From IMG/VR virus record IMGVR_UViG_3300020048_000015, positions 64,001-128,000 of that record: 64,000 nt of DNA. One strand, written 5' to 3'. Of this stretch, positions 45,636-56,719 are shown one piece after another. The DNA comes from a virus. The translations under genes were made by a program, and so were the position numbers. Position 1 is the stretch's first letter. Each line of letters opens with the position of its first letter. The notes under the pieces were generated by a model. That model was given only the letters and a program-made list of their open reading frames with translations. It did not search any database and had not been told where the DNA came from.

Positions 45636-47090
45636 TCATATATTTCTATTTTGTTGTAATGATAATATAAAAAATATTATATAATCATAATATGATCTGG
45701 TTGATGATTTATAATAATCTTCAAATATATCACACTCTTTATACTTATAAAATGTTATTTCATTAAATATTTCACTTGAACTAATAGAGAAATCTATATC
45801 ATTCTTTGATAGAACGCTTAAAATATCTATCAGTGGATATTTCTTATTTACAAGAACCTTCAAATACATATTAGGATTTTCAATATTAGAATCATTATCA
45901 GTAAAGAAGTTAATTACTATATCAGATAAATCTCTTTGTGGATGTATAAACTTATAATAATCTTCCTTTCTGCTTTCTATTTGTTCCATAATTCGTTCTT
46001 GTGTATATCCTCTTTTATTAACATCTCTATCAATTTTCCACTTTGTTCTTAACTTAACATCAGAATCAATAAATATTTTCAAATTATATACATTATTATT
46101 CTTTGAATACAAGCTATGCAATCCACATACTATTATATTATCAGATGTGTCTATTTTTTCTTTTTCAGTGAACTTACCATTATCATGATTATAATCCACT
46201 TGGTATATGGTTTTCCCTATTTTTAAGTCAAAAATATCATTACTCATCTTCGTTATATAATTGGCATCTGGGTTAAGATGTGTAAACTTCTTCCAATTAT
46301 CATCACATCTTTCCCATTTATGATATCTATCACATTCCAACATAAAAGAATTATCAAAGTATTTTTTTAAAATATTACCAAATGTTGTTTTACCAGATCC
46401 AGAATCACCACATATGGCGAATACATTACACATAGATAGTATAATATTATACTCTATATCCAATAGTTTGTATTGTATTTTATTATCAGTCAAATAGTTA
46501 TACATAATTGATTCAGATATATATCCACATTTATTTGATATTTCATCAATACACTTATAGATATCAAAGTATCTATTCATAACATCTGATTTGCCATATG
46601 CAAATATATCACATAAGTTATTATCATCTTTATTTTGCAGCTTTGATGTGTCAATAATGCTATTTTTAGGAATATAAACAATATCCTTTTTAAAGTCTCC
46701 AATAAATATATCATCTGATATTAAATTTAAATCTGGTCTATACTTTATAACTAAATCATAATCACCATAAATAGATTCATTTATCTTTTTAATTTCATTT
46801 ATTTTATAATATTTCAACCAAAGATTTAATACACCATTCTTCTTTCTATCATCAGATAAAATAAAATTATCTTCATATAACAATGAAATAGGATTTAGTA
46901 TATTATTTATATAACTAATATCATCAATTTCATTTGATAGATTGAAATACCTATCATCAATATTTTCATTTTTTGTAATATGTATATAAACATCAACATT
47001 TTCAAATTTATCCAATATCTTACTTTTAATTAAAGGTATATTAACTTTAAAGCTTCTAAGATACCCAGATATTAATAGAGCTACTTTCAT
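45636..47090 (-). CDS. Fusion: glycan-related N-domain + uridine kinase/phosphoribulokinase-like P-loop domain
   Basis: AICGDSGSGKTT, CDRYHKWER, GLH, RDV.KRGY; N-domain D.VIKYRPD...DIFAYG. Confidence 0.8.
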   Translation of the reverse strand: MKVALLISGYLRSFKVNIPLIKSKILDKFENVDVYIHITKNENIDDRYFNLSNEIDDISYINNILNPISLLYEDNFILSDDRKKNGVLNLWLKYYKINEIKKINESIYGDYDLVIKYRPDLNLISDDIFIGDFKKDIVYIPKNSIIDTSKLQNKDDNNLCDIFAYGKSDVMNRYFDIYKCIDEISNKCGYISESIMYNYLTDNKIQYKLLDIEYNIILSMCNVFAICGDSGSGKTTFGNILKKYFDNSFMLECDRYHKWERCDDNWKKFTHLNPDANYITKMSNDIFDLKIGKTIYQVDYNHDNGKFTEKEKIDTSDNIIVCGLHSLYSKNNNVYNLKIFIDSDVKLRTKWKIDRDVNKRGYTQERIMEQIESRKEDYYKFIHPQRDLSDIVINFFTDNDSNIENPNMYLKVLVNKKYPLIDILSVLSKNDIDFSISSSEIFNEITFYKYKECDIFEDYYKSSTRSYYDYIIFFILSLQQNRNI

Positions 47091-48301
47091 TTTTTTAAAT
47101 ATTTTTTTAAATCATCTATGTTAAAATACCAAGATGAATTCAAACCATTGTCAATAGCTAAACATTCAGACTTATTAAATATCTTTTTATTTAATATCAT
47201 ATCACTATTCCAACCAGATACTTTCTTATCAGCATAAGAAACAAGTAATGAATTCTCATATATATCTTCAATTTCCCCAACTATATTATATTTTTCAACA
47301 CTAACCCTCATATATTTTTTCCAAAATTCAGATTCGGAATGATATGTTTCATTAAAGTATATTGTATCTACATTACTAAATGAATATTTAAATCTATTAT
47401 TTACTTCTAGAAATGTTGGTGATATCAAAGCTATTAATTTTGTATTCTTACCCGAAAATAAAACATTACACAACCCACCACCTATTGCACCAATTATACA
47501 TTCAGCATTAGAAAACATTAGTATCTTATGGATTGTACTTAAACTTTCTGTGAAGACCTCAGTATACCCATATTCTGAAAGTATATTTACCAATTCATCC
47601 TCGTTAATAAGTTTTCTTCTTGTTGTATAGTTTGTTCCTATATTTGATAAATCATTATTTACCCAAGTTCTTCTTGATATGTATATTTTTTTTGGTAGAT
47701 TATCAATATGATTAACCATCTTAATACTATCAACCATATCTTCATATAGTTTGTATATTTCTTTTCTAGGTGGTAGATTAGAATCAATATCATGTGTATA
47801 TGATGATGATATATAAATTGTACTATAAATTATATTTTCATCACCAATAACTATATCATTATCCTTTATTCCAAGAATATCTAATAATTCTGTTACAAAC
47901 TTATAGAATTTATCATTATTAGACTTCATAAGTAATTTTAAATTTGGAATATCTTCTTTAAGTTTATTATAAGAAATTAAATATGGAATAGTATCATATA
48001 TAAAATGATAGTAATTATCAACATTATAAATAAAGAAGAAAGTTGGTTCATCATATATTTTATTTAATACAACATTCTTATAGCCATATTCTCTATTGGA
48101 CTTAACTGACTTTAAAGACATTACATCTTCCTTAATAGGATTATACACTTCGTCATTTGAATGTAATAATATGTTTGGGTAATATAATGTATCACCTGTT
48201 AAATTAACATCTTCTATTTTATATATGTTAATTATTCTACCATTATCATCAATTGGTAAATACTCTGTTGATTTAATATCTTTTAATTCCTTTATAATCA
48301 T
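47087..48301 (-). CDS. GT61 (DUF563)-like glycosyltransferase
   Basis: NYYHFIYDTIP, KIYISRR, R.LINEDEL, IGAIGGGLCNVLF. Confidence 0.8.
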   Translation of the reverse strand: MIIKELKDIKSTEYLPIDDNGRIINIYKIEDVNLTGDTLYYPNILLHSNDEVYNPIKEDVMSLKSVKSNREYGYKNVVLNKIYDEPTFFFIYNVDNYYHFIYDTIPYLISYNKLKEDIPNLKLLMKSNNDKFYKFVTELLDILGIKDNDIVIGDENIIYSTIYISSSYTHDIDSNLPPRKEIYKLYEDMVDSIKMVNHIDNLPKKIYISRRTWVNNDLSNIGTNYTTRRKLINEDELVNILSEYGYTEVFTESLSTIHKILMFSNAECIIGAIGGGLCNVLFSGKNTKLIALISPTFLEVNNRFKYSFSNVDTIYFNETYHSESEFWKKYMRVSVEKYNIVGEIEDIYENSLLVSYADKKVSGWNSDMILNKKIFNKSECLAIDNGLNSSWYFNIDDLKKYLKK

Positions 48302-49290
48302 ATACTTCTAACATAATTAACTATATCATCCATATTTACATAAAATGGACTATTTGTGGAGTTTTTTGGATCAGTATTTATGTCTATGGATGGATATTTT
48401 ATCATATTGTAGTTTATATGTGTCCCAGTTAGCATATGACTAATATTAATATAATAGTCAACTCCAACCGGTCTATCATTTGATAATACAAGACATTTTT
48501 CTATACCATTTGCAAAGACAAAATTCATACAATTTGCACCCAATTGTGTTATCAAAACTTTAATATCTTTCATAAGATCAGCCTTTTCTGACATAGTTTT
48601 ATCACCAAGATTTATTATTTCAAAACCATTAGATTCTAAAAATGATATAATCTCAGATTCATTAACTATTTTTCTTGATATACCAACTTCCGTATTATTA
48701 AAATCAACATTAACAATCCCATCTTTTTTTAGATATACTTTTCTATATGGATTTGATTTATTTATATTTAATTTACTTCTAATTTTAGAACAAACATAGA
48801 CAACATCTTGATGAACATTTCCACCTGGAGCATGATAAATATTATCAATTGTATATAGATTTTTGAAATTATATAGAATGTTATCATCCAACATAATTAT
48901 TCTATCTTCTCTTATATCAAAGATATCCAACATCTCTCTACACATACTTGTGTATGTACTTCTAGGAATAACAATCTTCAAACTAGGATCATCTATTACA
49001 TACTTTAGTTTTGGAAGACACTGTGATACATAATGAGCAAAACTTATTTGATAATGAAATGAATAATAAAGTAAGCAATTTTCATCAACAACTACGTTAT
49101 TATAGCAACCATCAATAAGGTTACTTATTCTATCCGAATGTATATCACATGGAAATGTAAATTTTTGCATAAATGTATTATTTGAGTCAAATGCAAATAA
49201 TGTTTCCTTATTCTCCTCCCAATCATTATACTTAATATCAACACCATCCACAATATGGATTAATTTTATATTACTATGTTGTTTAATCAT
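48298..49290 (-). CDS. GT61 (DUF563)-like glycosyltransferase
   Basis: FAHYVSQCLPK, KVYLKK, R.IVNE.EI, TQLGANCMNFVF. Confidence 0.75.
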   Translation of the reverse strand: MIKQHSNIKLIHIVDGVDIKYNDWEENKETLFAFDSNNTFMQKFTFPCDIHSDRISNLIDGCYNNVVVDENCLLYYSFHYQISFAHYVSQCLPKLKYVIDDPSLKIVIPRSTYTSMCREMLDIFDIREDRIIMLDDNILYNFKNLYTIDNIYHAPGGNVHQDVVYVCSKIRSKLNINKSNPYRKVYLKKDGIVNVDFNNTEVGISRKIVNESEIISFLESNGFEIINLGDKTMSEKADLMKDIKVLITQLGANCMNFVFANGIEKCLVLSNDRPVGVDYYINISHMLTGTHINYNMIKYPSIDINTDPKNSTNSPFYVNMDDIVNYVRSI

Positions 49291-49292
49291 AT

Positions 49293-50006
49293 CTATTTTA
49301 TAATATTATATCCTGGTAAAGTTCCATATCCAACAACTTCACTTTTTGATTCATAGACAAACGCATCAAATTGCATTCTTTTTATTTTCAGTTCTAACAA
49401 TTTAAAACAATTAATTTGACAAGTTTCTGGATGATATACACCATCTAACTGTTGAGTTTCTTTTGAAATAACTATTTGATTAGTAAGTATTTTCTCCATA
49501 ATTAACATATTTGAGAAGAATATAACATCAGGACAAGCACCTTCACCATAATAGACATTATTCCCATAAATATTCCAATTAGGACCAATTGGAATATAAA
49601 CACTGTTATCATCCGCTTTGACATTATCATATAGATCTGATATGTTTTTCCAAATTTTAGTATCGGTTCTAAGTAATACAACAACATCAAAATCTATGTT
49701 AATCTTTTTTATAGTTTCAACCGCCTTACTTCTAATATACAATTGATGGTAGTAATTAGATAAAGGTCTCATAGATTCATATCTTTGATTAGATATGAAT
49801 CCATCTATATCCTTTTGATCAGGCACATCTATATAATTTATAAATGAGTTTGGAAATGATAACACAAAATCACTTGTATCCTCACCAACCCAGGTAGTTA
49901 GTGTAATATAATACTCATTTTCTCCTCCAGTTAGGAGATCAATCATATTTTTAGTGTGTGGTATAGATCTAGGCTTACCAGTATATAATAAACAAATCTT
50001 ACCCAT
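49293..50006 (-). CDS. Hypothetical glycan-cluster protein
   Basis: FDVVVLLRTD...D..FFS pattern; operon context. Confidence 0.65.
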   Translation of the reverse strand: MGKICLLYTGKPRSIPHTKNMIDLLTGGENEYYITLTTWVGEDTSDFVLSFPNSFINYIDVPDQKDIDGFISNQRYESMRPLSNYYHQLYIRSKAVETIKKINIDFDVVVLLRTDTKIWKNISDLYDNVKADDNSVYIPIGPNWNIYGNNVYYGEGACPDVIFFSNMLIMEKILTNQIVISKETQQLDGVYHPETCQINCFKLLELKIKRMQFDAFVYESKSEVVGYGTLPGYNIIK

Positions 50007-50033
50007 TATTACCTATTTTTTTTATTATTTCCA

Positions 50034-50801
50034 TTACTCTATAATATAGTTTCTAAATGAAATAGGACTACCATCTATTTGATATCCAATATTTACTTGC
50101 CTTTCATTAACAAAGTTTTTGAATTTATTATTGATAAACTCCAATTGTTCTTCCTTATTCATACCATAGACTGGTTCAAAATCCAAATTATAACTAAATC
50201 TTTCCAATCTACCCACTCTATTAAGATATCCTTTACTATACACATCACTTATACTTTCTTCTTGAACACCTGGAACTAGAATAACATTATTCCAATCCAG
50301 CGAATCTATCTTATATCCATATTTTTTAAGTAGGTCTTCTAGCATTAAAAGAGAATACCCAAAGTAGTGACTACCATCCCAAAAATATCCTTCAGTATAT
50401 TTAACTGTAAATTTAATATTAGCTGGTATTTTCTCATTTATTTCACTAACAATCAATTGTGGTTTATATACACTTAATATTTTATCCAAAACAAAGTAAT
50501 CATATCCATCAATATCCAATGTTAAATAGAACCCATCAGGTACATTATTTTCCTTCAATATATTTAAAATATTATCTGGTGTGACCTTTACTGGTATAAC
50601 AGTTGCTAAACGACCAATCATTTTCTGTTGCTGAATAGGATATTTATTTTTATCACACTCAAACATTAAACCACTCCATCCGTCGTGGTCTAAAAGAAGT
50701 TCAGATTCAGAAGCTGTTGTGTGACATGATGCTCCTATATCAACAAAGAATTTTGTTTTTGTTAACTCAACTATGTGGAGTATTTTACTAATTGTTGTCA
50801 T
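50034..50801 (-). CDS. FkbM-like methyltransferase
   Basis: FVDIGA, LTLDIDGYDY, PQLIVSEIN. Confidence 0.75.
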   Translation of the reverse strand: MTTISKILHIVELTKTKFFVDIGASCHTTASESELLLDHDGWSGLMFECDKNKYPIQQQKMIGRLATVIPVKVTPDNILNILKENNVPDGFYLTLDIDGYDYFVLDKILSVYKPQLIVSEINEKIPANIKFTVKYTEGYFWDGSHYFGYSLLMLEDLLKKYGYKIDSLDWNNVILVPGVQEESISDVYSKGYLNRVGRLERFSYNLDFEPVYGMNKEEQLEFINNKFKNFVNERQVNIGYQIDGSPISFRNYIIE

Positions 50802-50899
50802 TTTATTTATTATTTTTTGTAAATTTCACACAATATGAAATCTTAAACCATGTTACAATCTTTTATTATAATTGTTTATAGCAAAGATTATTTTTTCCA

Positions 50900-51700
50900 T
50901 TAGTGTAGTGTATCCCTAAATTTTCTTTTTGAATTTTCTAAATCAAATAATTTTATTATTTCTTGATATTTTTCATTTATACTTTGTGGTAATTTATTTA
51001 CTATATTACTAATAGGCATATACATACCATAATGTGTAATGTGTAAAAATTGAAAAAATTCAACTGATTTATAATACGTTGTATCAATTACTTTTTCCGA
51101 ATATAATTTATATATTTTATATTTTTCGCAAAATTTTTGAACATCAATACCTTCTATATTTCTATATGTTTTATCATTAAAAGCATCAGTTATTTCTATT
51201 AATGATTCAATTTTCCAAATAGATGGATTTACATTATATATGTATCCATTAAATATACCATTACTATCTGAACTATTTTTTACTAAAAAAACTTTATTGT
51301 CATAATTACTTGGTATTTCAATAAAAAACTGATCATTTTTAATATCAAAGGATTTATCTTTTCTATCCATCCACTGCAAATCAATTCTATCCAAATCTTT
51401 TTCTTCCATTATATCTAGACAATTTGATAATACACCTTTATCATAATGTAATAGAATATCTACATCATGAATTAATAATACAAATTTTGTATTTAATTCT
51501 TTTATTGAACTATTTAATTTTTCTGCATATGTCAAAGAGTCATCATAAAAAATAACCCTATCATAACAATCATAAATATTATAAATATCTAAATTATTTT
51601 TATTAATTAGTAATACTTTATTATCTATATTTTGTAAAAATTTTGTTTGTATATTTAATACATCAAGATAATCAGTATGTGAATAAACTGCTATTGTCAT
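50900..51700 (-). CDS. Putative glycosyltransferase-like protein
   Basis: VLLIHDVD, NVNPSIWK; operon context. Confidence 0.55.
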   Translation of the reverse strand: MTIAVYSHTDYLDVLNIQTKFLQNIDNKVLLINKNNLDIYNIYDCYDRVIFYDDSLTYAEKLNSSIKELNTKFVLLIHDVDILLHYDKGVLSNCLDIMEEKDLDRIDLQWMDRKDKSFDIKNDQFFIEIPSNYDNKVFLVKNSSDSNGIFNGYIYNVNPSIWKIESLIEITDAFNDKTYRNIEGIDVQKFCEKYKIYKLYSEKVIDTTYYKSVEFFQFLHITHYGMYMPISNIVNKLPQSINEKYQEIIKLFDLENSKRKFRDTLH

Positions 51701-51704
51701 TATT

Positions 51705-52550
51705 TTATTTTATTTTATCTAATATTAATTCAACTCTGTTTTCCCAAGTATGATTGTTATAAATATAATCCCTTACTCTTTTAGCTATACATTCCCTCTC
51801 TTGATCATTATCAAGGAAGTATTTTATCTTTTCACCAAGTTCATCTTCTGTATTATAAAACATTTTTGAAATGTCATCATTATAATCCAAATATTTATGA
51901 AAATGTTCATTATAATTTGTAAGCATAAATGATCCACTTGATAATATTTCAAAATACTTTGCGTTTATATCATAAGACATAGATTGATTAAAGCATATTT
52001 TAGAAGACTGCATTTCTTTTATATAATCAATACCATAAGCATTAAGACATTCTATTCCAAATTTATCACATATTCTTTTTCTTTCAGGTAGCATCCCACC
52101 AATAAATACAACATCTCTTGTTTTTATATCAGTATATTGAATCATTTGATGTATTCTTGAAGCAGCATATGGCATAAAAAACGAATTTTCTATATTATAC
52201 TTTTCCAAATCTTGTGGATTATTGAATGCGATATATTCAATATTAGCTTGTTTTATCCATGTTAGGAAATTTACCAAATGTGTATCTATCGCCCAAAACA
52301 ACTTTGGTGTTTTAATAGACACCCAATCCCACCACTTCCAACCACTATAACTTGGATAGTTATCCGTAATTATTATTAAATCATATTTATCAGCTATATT
52401 TGGAATATCTGTTTCTGATATCAATCCATGTGGACCAGCAACATCACAAGTGTGTCCTAGATTTCTAAAAGCATAACACAATTCATATCCTTCTTTCCAA
52501 TCAGAATGTGGCTTCCCAACTAGTAAAACATCAGCTATTAATATTTTCAT
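51705..52550 (-). CDS. GT-B glycosyltransferase (CgeB/DUF3880-like)
   Basis: SKICFN...KYFEILSSGSFMLT...HTWENRV. Confidence 0.8.
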   Translation of the reverse strand: MKILIADVLLVGKPHSDWKEGYELCYAFRNLGHTCDVAGPHGLISETDIPNIADKYDLIIITDNYPSYSGWKWWDWVSIKTPKLFWAIDTHLVNFLTWIKQANIEYIAFNNPQDLEKYNIENSFFMPYAASRIHQMIQYTDIKTRDVVFIGGMLPERKRICDKFGIECLNAYGIDYIKEMQSSKICFNQSMSYDINAKYFEILSSGSFMLTNYNEHFHKYLDYNDDISKMFYNTEDELGEKIKYFLDNDQERECIAKRVRDYIYNNHTWENRVELILDKIK

Positions 52551-53380
52551 AAATTATATTTATTTTTAATAATTTCTGGATGTTCACCATCAAATTTATA
52601 CACACTTGTTCCATAAGGTTTAAAGTTTTTATCATTTTTAAAATTTTCCCAAAATTCTTTATAAGAATTATTCTTATAAAAATCAGTTTTCCATTTTATC
52701 TGAGAATAATCAACAAAACTATAATGATACATTCTTATACCTTGACTTGTTGTGAAGTTTTGATCTAAAAGATATCCATTATTACAAATACAATCTTCTA
52801 CTAAATAAGAAGGTGGTTCATGTGAAATCCATTTTGATTTATTTGGAACATTTCTAAAAATTCTATACCAAGGACCACAACCCCATTGACTCTTATTACC
52901 TGTGGTTAATCCCCTTTCATCTATACAATATTCAAATCCACCAAAAAAATGATAAGCATTGAACCAAACAGCATCTGGTTTCTTTTCTTCAAGTATTTTT
53001 ATCATTTTTATCATATCATCTTTATGATAAAACTCATCAGAGTCTAACTGCCAAATGTAGTCACCTGTTGATAATGATGACCAAGCATTACACATTTCTG
53101 TTTTTCCATTCCAGAATCCTTTAGATTCTATTAGTTTTATTTTATTTAGTGGATCAGGAATATTTTTAATAACAGATATGGTATCATCAGTAGATCTACC
53201 ATCAATCGTATATTTTGATGTATCTCCATCAAAATAGTGTGTAGTTGCTTTTGTTGCACCTTCAACTATTATTATTTCATGTGCTATATCATAAACATTT
53301 AATATACAAGATTCTAACATACCATTAGGTAAATTATCTATTGCATTAAATACTATCATTCCAAATGTTATTTTCATCAA
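52547..53380 (-). CDS. GT2-like glycosyltransferase
   Basis: EIIIVEG, STDDT, DYIWQLDSDEFY. Confidence 0.8.
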   Translation of the reverse strand: MMKITFGMIVFNAIDNLPNGMLESCILNVYDIAHEIIIVEGATKATTHYFDGDTSKYTIDGRSTDDTISVIKNIPDPLNKIKLIESKGFWNGKTEMCNAWSSLSTGDYIWQLDSDEFYHKDDMIKMIKILEEKKPDAVWFNAYHFFGGFEYCIDERGLTTGNKSQWGCGPWYRIFRNVPNKSKWISHEPPSYLVEDCICNNGYLLDQNFTTSQGIRMYHYSFVDYSQIKWKTDFYKNNSYKEFWENFKNDKNFKPYGTSVYKFDGEHPEIIKNKYNL

Positions 53381-53402
53381 TTTGTTTTCTGTTTTTATTT
53401 TT

Positions 53403-54182
53403 TTATTTTTTTATTCCAATAAAATACTTATCATGTCTCCAATATTGATCATGTAATCCATGAAAATCCCTTTCATAAATTTTAGAAAATTTATTTAAAA
53501 ATGCATTCATATAATTTTCTGATAGTTTTATTGGATGTCCAGTATCAAATATTTCATGTACCATTTTATTAGCATCATTTCCAATAAAATAAACATCAGA
53601 AAATATAAACAACCCATCTTTATTAAGCATATTAAATATTTTATCAAAAATTATATTAATATCAAAACAATGTTCTAATACATTATTCATTATAACCATA
53701 TCATATTTTTCATCTTCATTAAACTCTTCAATTGGTACAGAAAATGTCTTTATATCAAATACACCCATTTGTTTATTTTTATATTTACAATGTGTATGAT
53801 TTAGATAATCATTCAATAATGGATCCAGAAGATGAATTTCTTTCAAATTATTCATAAGTGGTAGTATTGTTCTTACATTTGTAAATGGTCCACATCCCAA
53901 TTCAATAATTTTAGATATTTTATATGAATTTTGATATCCAACTAATGACTTATAAGAATCAAATCTTTCATAATGATCATAATTCCTATCATCTGATAGA
54001 TTTAATCCCATTTCCATCCATGTTTTTCTTTCATAGTGTTGTGCATCATTCCATCTATCTCTATCCACACTTAATATTGCATTATCTTTTATATAGATTG
54101 AATCATTCTTTTCTTTTATAAGTTTTTCTGCTGTATTACCTTGTGATACATTTATATTTTTGTCTATAAATAATTTACCCAT
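53403..54182 (-). CDS. Class I SAM-dependent methyltransferase
   Basis: IIELGCGPF, LLDP, NVLEHC, GLFIFSD. Confidence 0.85.
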   Translation of the reverse strand: MGKLFIDKNINVSQGNTAEKLIKEKNDSIYIKDNAILSVDRDRWNDAQHYERKTWMEMGLNLSDDRNYDHYERFDSYKSLVGYQNSYKISKIIELGCGPFTNVRTILPLMNNLKEIHLLDPLLNDYLNHTHCKYKNKQMGVFDIKTFSVPIEEFNEDEKYDMVIMNNVLEHCFDINIIFDKIFNMLNKDGLFIFSDVYFIGNDANKMVHEIFDTGHPIKLSENYMNAFLNKFSKIYERDFHGLHDQYWRHDKYFIGIKK

Positions 54183-54270
54183 TCTAATTTTAAATTTTTA
54201 TTAACTTACAAATTTTCAGAAAATTCATAGTTATTTATTATATATGGAAAATTTCTAATTCCCCCAAAAT

Positions 54271-55275
54271 TTATTTTTTCCAAAAAGAATAAATTCCATT
54301 ATCTAATTCATAATTTTCCCAAACAAATCTTGATCTATTAGGCTGTGTCTTTGCCCAATCCCACATAATTGTTAAACCATCTTTTAAAGATGTTTTGTGT
54401 TCAAATTTTAATATATCAATAGATTTTTGAAAAGTTGGTATTGAACATTCAACTTCGTGCCTTTGTTCTCTATATTCAACAATTATATCACCACCAATTA
54501 CATCACATAAAATTTTATTTGCATCATTTATAGAATATTCTTCTATACCACCCAAATTTATGATTTCTTTAGATGCACTTTTTAAAACAGCAGCATTCCA
54601 AAATGATTCAAGCGAATCATCAATAAAACTAAATGATCTGGTTTGATTTCCCGTTCCGAATATAAGCATTGGTTCATTATTTATATAGTTATACATCCAA
54701 ATACCAAGAACATTTCTATATTTATCCCATATATTTTGATTAATTCCATAAAAATTATGCGGTCTAATTATACACCAATCTAAACCATGTTGAACACCAG
54801 CAATTTGTATATCCATTTCACAAGCATACTTAGCAACACCATATGGATCAATTGGTTTAGGAGTTTGATTTTCATCAAACAAACCACCATAACCATGTCC
54901 ATAAACTGCTAATGTAGATGTAAATACTAACCTTTTCACATCATTTTTAATACATTCATTTACAATTCTTGCTGTTGCCTTCAAATTATTATCATAGTTA
55001 TACATCCTAATAAAAGGTGACAACCCTTCAGCCGCATATGCTGCAAAATGGAAAACATAATCAAATTTATTATCAGAAAAACATCTACTAATATTATGTT
55101 TATTATTAATTAAATTGACATTCCAAAAATCAACTTCTGGATGTATATTTTCTTTATAACCACCACTTAAATCATCAATACCAACAACTTTATATTCTGG
55201 TTTATTTCTTATTATCCAATCTGCTAATCTTGACCCCAACAGACCTGCTACACCTGTAATTAAAACTTTTTTCAT
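54271..55275 (-). CDS. NAD-dependent epimerase/dehydratase
   Basis: LITGVAGLLG, FHFAAYA, PIDPYGVAK, RPHN.YG. Confidence 0.92.
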   Translation of the reverse strand: MKKVLITGVAGLLGSRLADWIIRNKPEYKVVGIDDLSGGYKENIHPEVDFWNVNLINNKHNISRCFSDNKFDYVFHFAAYAAEGLSPFIRMYNYDNNLKATARIVNECIKNDVKRLVFTSTLAVYGHGYGGLFDENQTPKPIDPYGVAKYACEMDIQIAGVQHGLDWCIIRPHNFYGINQNIWDKYRNVLGIWMYNYINNEPMLIFGTGNQTRSFSFIDDSLESFWNAAVLKSASKEIINLGGIEEYSINDANKILCDVIGGDIIVEYREQRHEVECSIPTFQKSIDILKFEHKTSLKDGLTIMWDWAKTQPNRSRFVWENYELDNGIYSFWKK

Positions 55276-55691
55276 TTATAAAATATTTTTTTTATCATTT
55301 TACTTAATTCAGAATTAAAATCAATTGGTAAATTATCCATTTTAAACCATCTATACTCTGAATGTTCTGAATTAATAACTATATCACCAGATTTAATTAC
55401 TAGACTAAAACAAACATTAACTGTATGTTTTTTATCAAATATAGTTTCAGCAACTCCTATTTGATTAATGATCTCTACATCTAATCCAGTTTCATCCTTT
55501 ACTTTTCTAATTATAGAATCTACTAATAATTCATTTTTTAAAACTCTTCCACCAGGAACCCACCACTCACCAATAGCTGGGTAGTTATTCCTTTTTAACA
55601 AAAGTATTTTATCATCATCAATTATGAATCCATCAACACATAAAATAGGAAGAACATCTATTATTTTATCATAAAGCAAATTATCTATCAT
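55272..55691 (-). CDS. NUDIX hydrolase (GDP-mannose mannosyl hydrolase-like)
   Basis: WWVPGGRVLKNE...RKVKDETG variant Nudix box; SEHSEYRW. Confidence 0.8.
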   Translation of the reverse strand: MIDNLLYDKIIDVLPILCVDGFIIDDDKILLLKRNNYPAIGEWWVPGGRVLKNELLVDSIIRKVKDETGLDVEIINQIGVAETIFDKKHTVNVCFSLVIKSGDIVINSEHSEYRWFKMDNLPIDFNSELSKMIKKIFYK

Positions 55692-56719
55692 TAAACAAGA
55701 TTTAGTTTTTTAAACATAGGTCTATTATCTGATATCCAATCTATCATCATACCAACACCATCATCAACACTTATTTTTGGTTCCCATCCAGTATCAGATT
55801 TTATTTTACTTATATCACTTATGTATATTTTTTGATCACCTGGTCTCCAATCGGAATAATCATATTTTAATTTTTTACCCAATTTATCCTCAATTAATTT
55901 TATTAATTCCAACAAAGACATTGTATTAAAAGGACCACCACCAGCGTTGTATACTTTACCAGCACAAACATTAATATTTTTAATAACCGATTTATATAAA
56001 CTTATAAGATCATATATATGTAAAACATCTCTTACTTGTTTTCCATCACCATAAATTGTGAACTGTTTATCAAACATAGATGCTATACTAAACCAAGAAA
56101 CCCAACCTTGATCTTCTATACCAAATTGATTAGGACCATATATACAAGACTGTCTAAGAACAACTGTTTTTAGTCCATATATTCTACTATAATCCCTCAT
56201 ATATTGATCAGCTGTCCCCTTTGAACAACCATATGGTGAATGAAAATCTAAATTTTGATCTTCATTTATCCCTATAAACCCATCACCATATACATATCTT
56301 GAATCTTTTTCTTCTATACTTGATTTAAAATTACCATATACTTTATTAGTTGATGAATATAATACAATTGAGTTAGGTGAATAATTTCTAACACACTCAA
56401 GTATATTAAATGTTCCTATGGCATTTATCTCAAAGTCTTCTCTTGGATTTCTAACAGAAGAAGTAACTGCTACTTGCGCAGCAAGGTGAATAATAACATC
56501 AAATTTATTATTTTTGAAAATATCTTCCATATCAAAATAATTTCTTATATCTCTATTCCAAATTGACATCTTTATATTTTCTTTTAGATATGTAAGATTT
56601 TCTATATTACCCTTTCTACTTAGGTTATCAATTATAAATATTTCATTATCATCTTTAAAAAGTTCTATGGCTGTATTCACACCAATGAAACCAAGACCAC
56701 CTGTTATTAACACTTTCAT
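55691..56719 (-). CDS. CDP-paratose 2-epimerase-like SDR
   Basis: ITGGLGFIG, HLAAQVAVTSSV, STNKVYG, FHSPYGCSKG, EDQGWV, WRPGDQ. Confidence 0.88.
   Translation of the reverse strand: MKVLITGGLGFIGVNTAIELFKDDNEIFIIDNLSRKGNIENLTYLKENIKMSIWNRDIRNYFDMEDIFKNNKFDVIIHLAAQVAVTSSVRNPREDFEINAIGTFNILECVRNYSPNSIVLYSSTNKVYGNFKSSIEEKDSRYVYGDGFIGINEDQNLDFHSPYGCSKGTADQYMRDYSRIYGLKTVVLRQSCIYGPNQFGIEDQGWVSWFSIASMFDKQFTIYGDGKQVRDVLHIYDLISLYKSVIKNINVCAGKVYNAGGGPFNTMSLLELIKLIEDKLGKKLKYDYSDWRPGDQKIYISDISKIKSDTGWEPKISVDDGVGMMIDWISDNRPMFKKLNLV

Noticed and set aside
50802-50900. 15-aa ORF MEKIIFAINNYNKRL in a gap of the glycan operon
   Set aside because: Possibly a gene remnant, but no recognisable homology or structure supports it.
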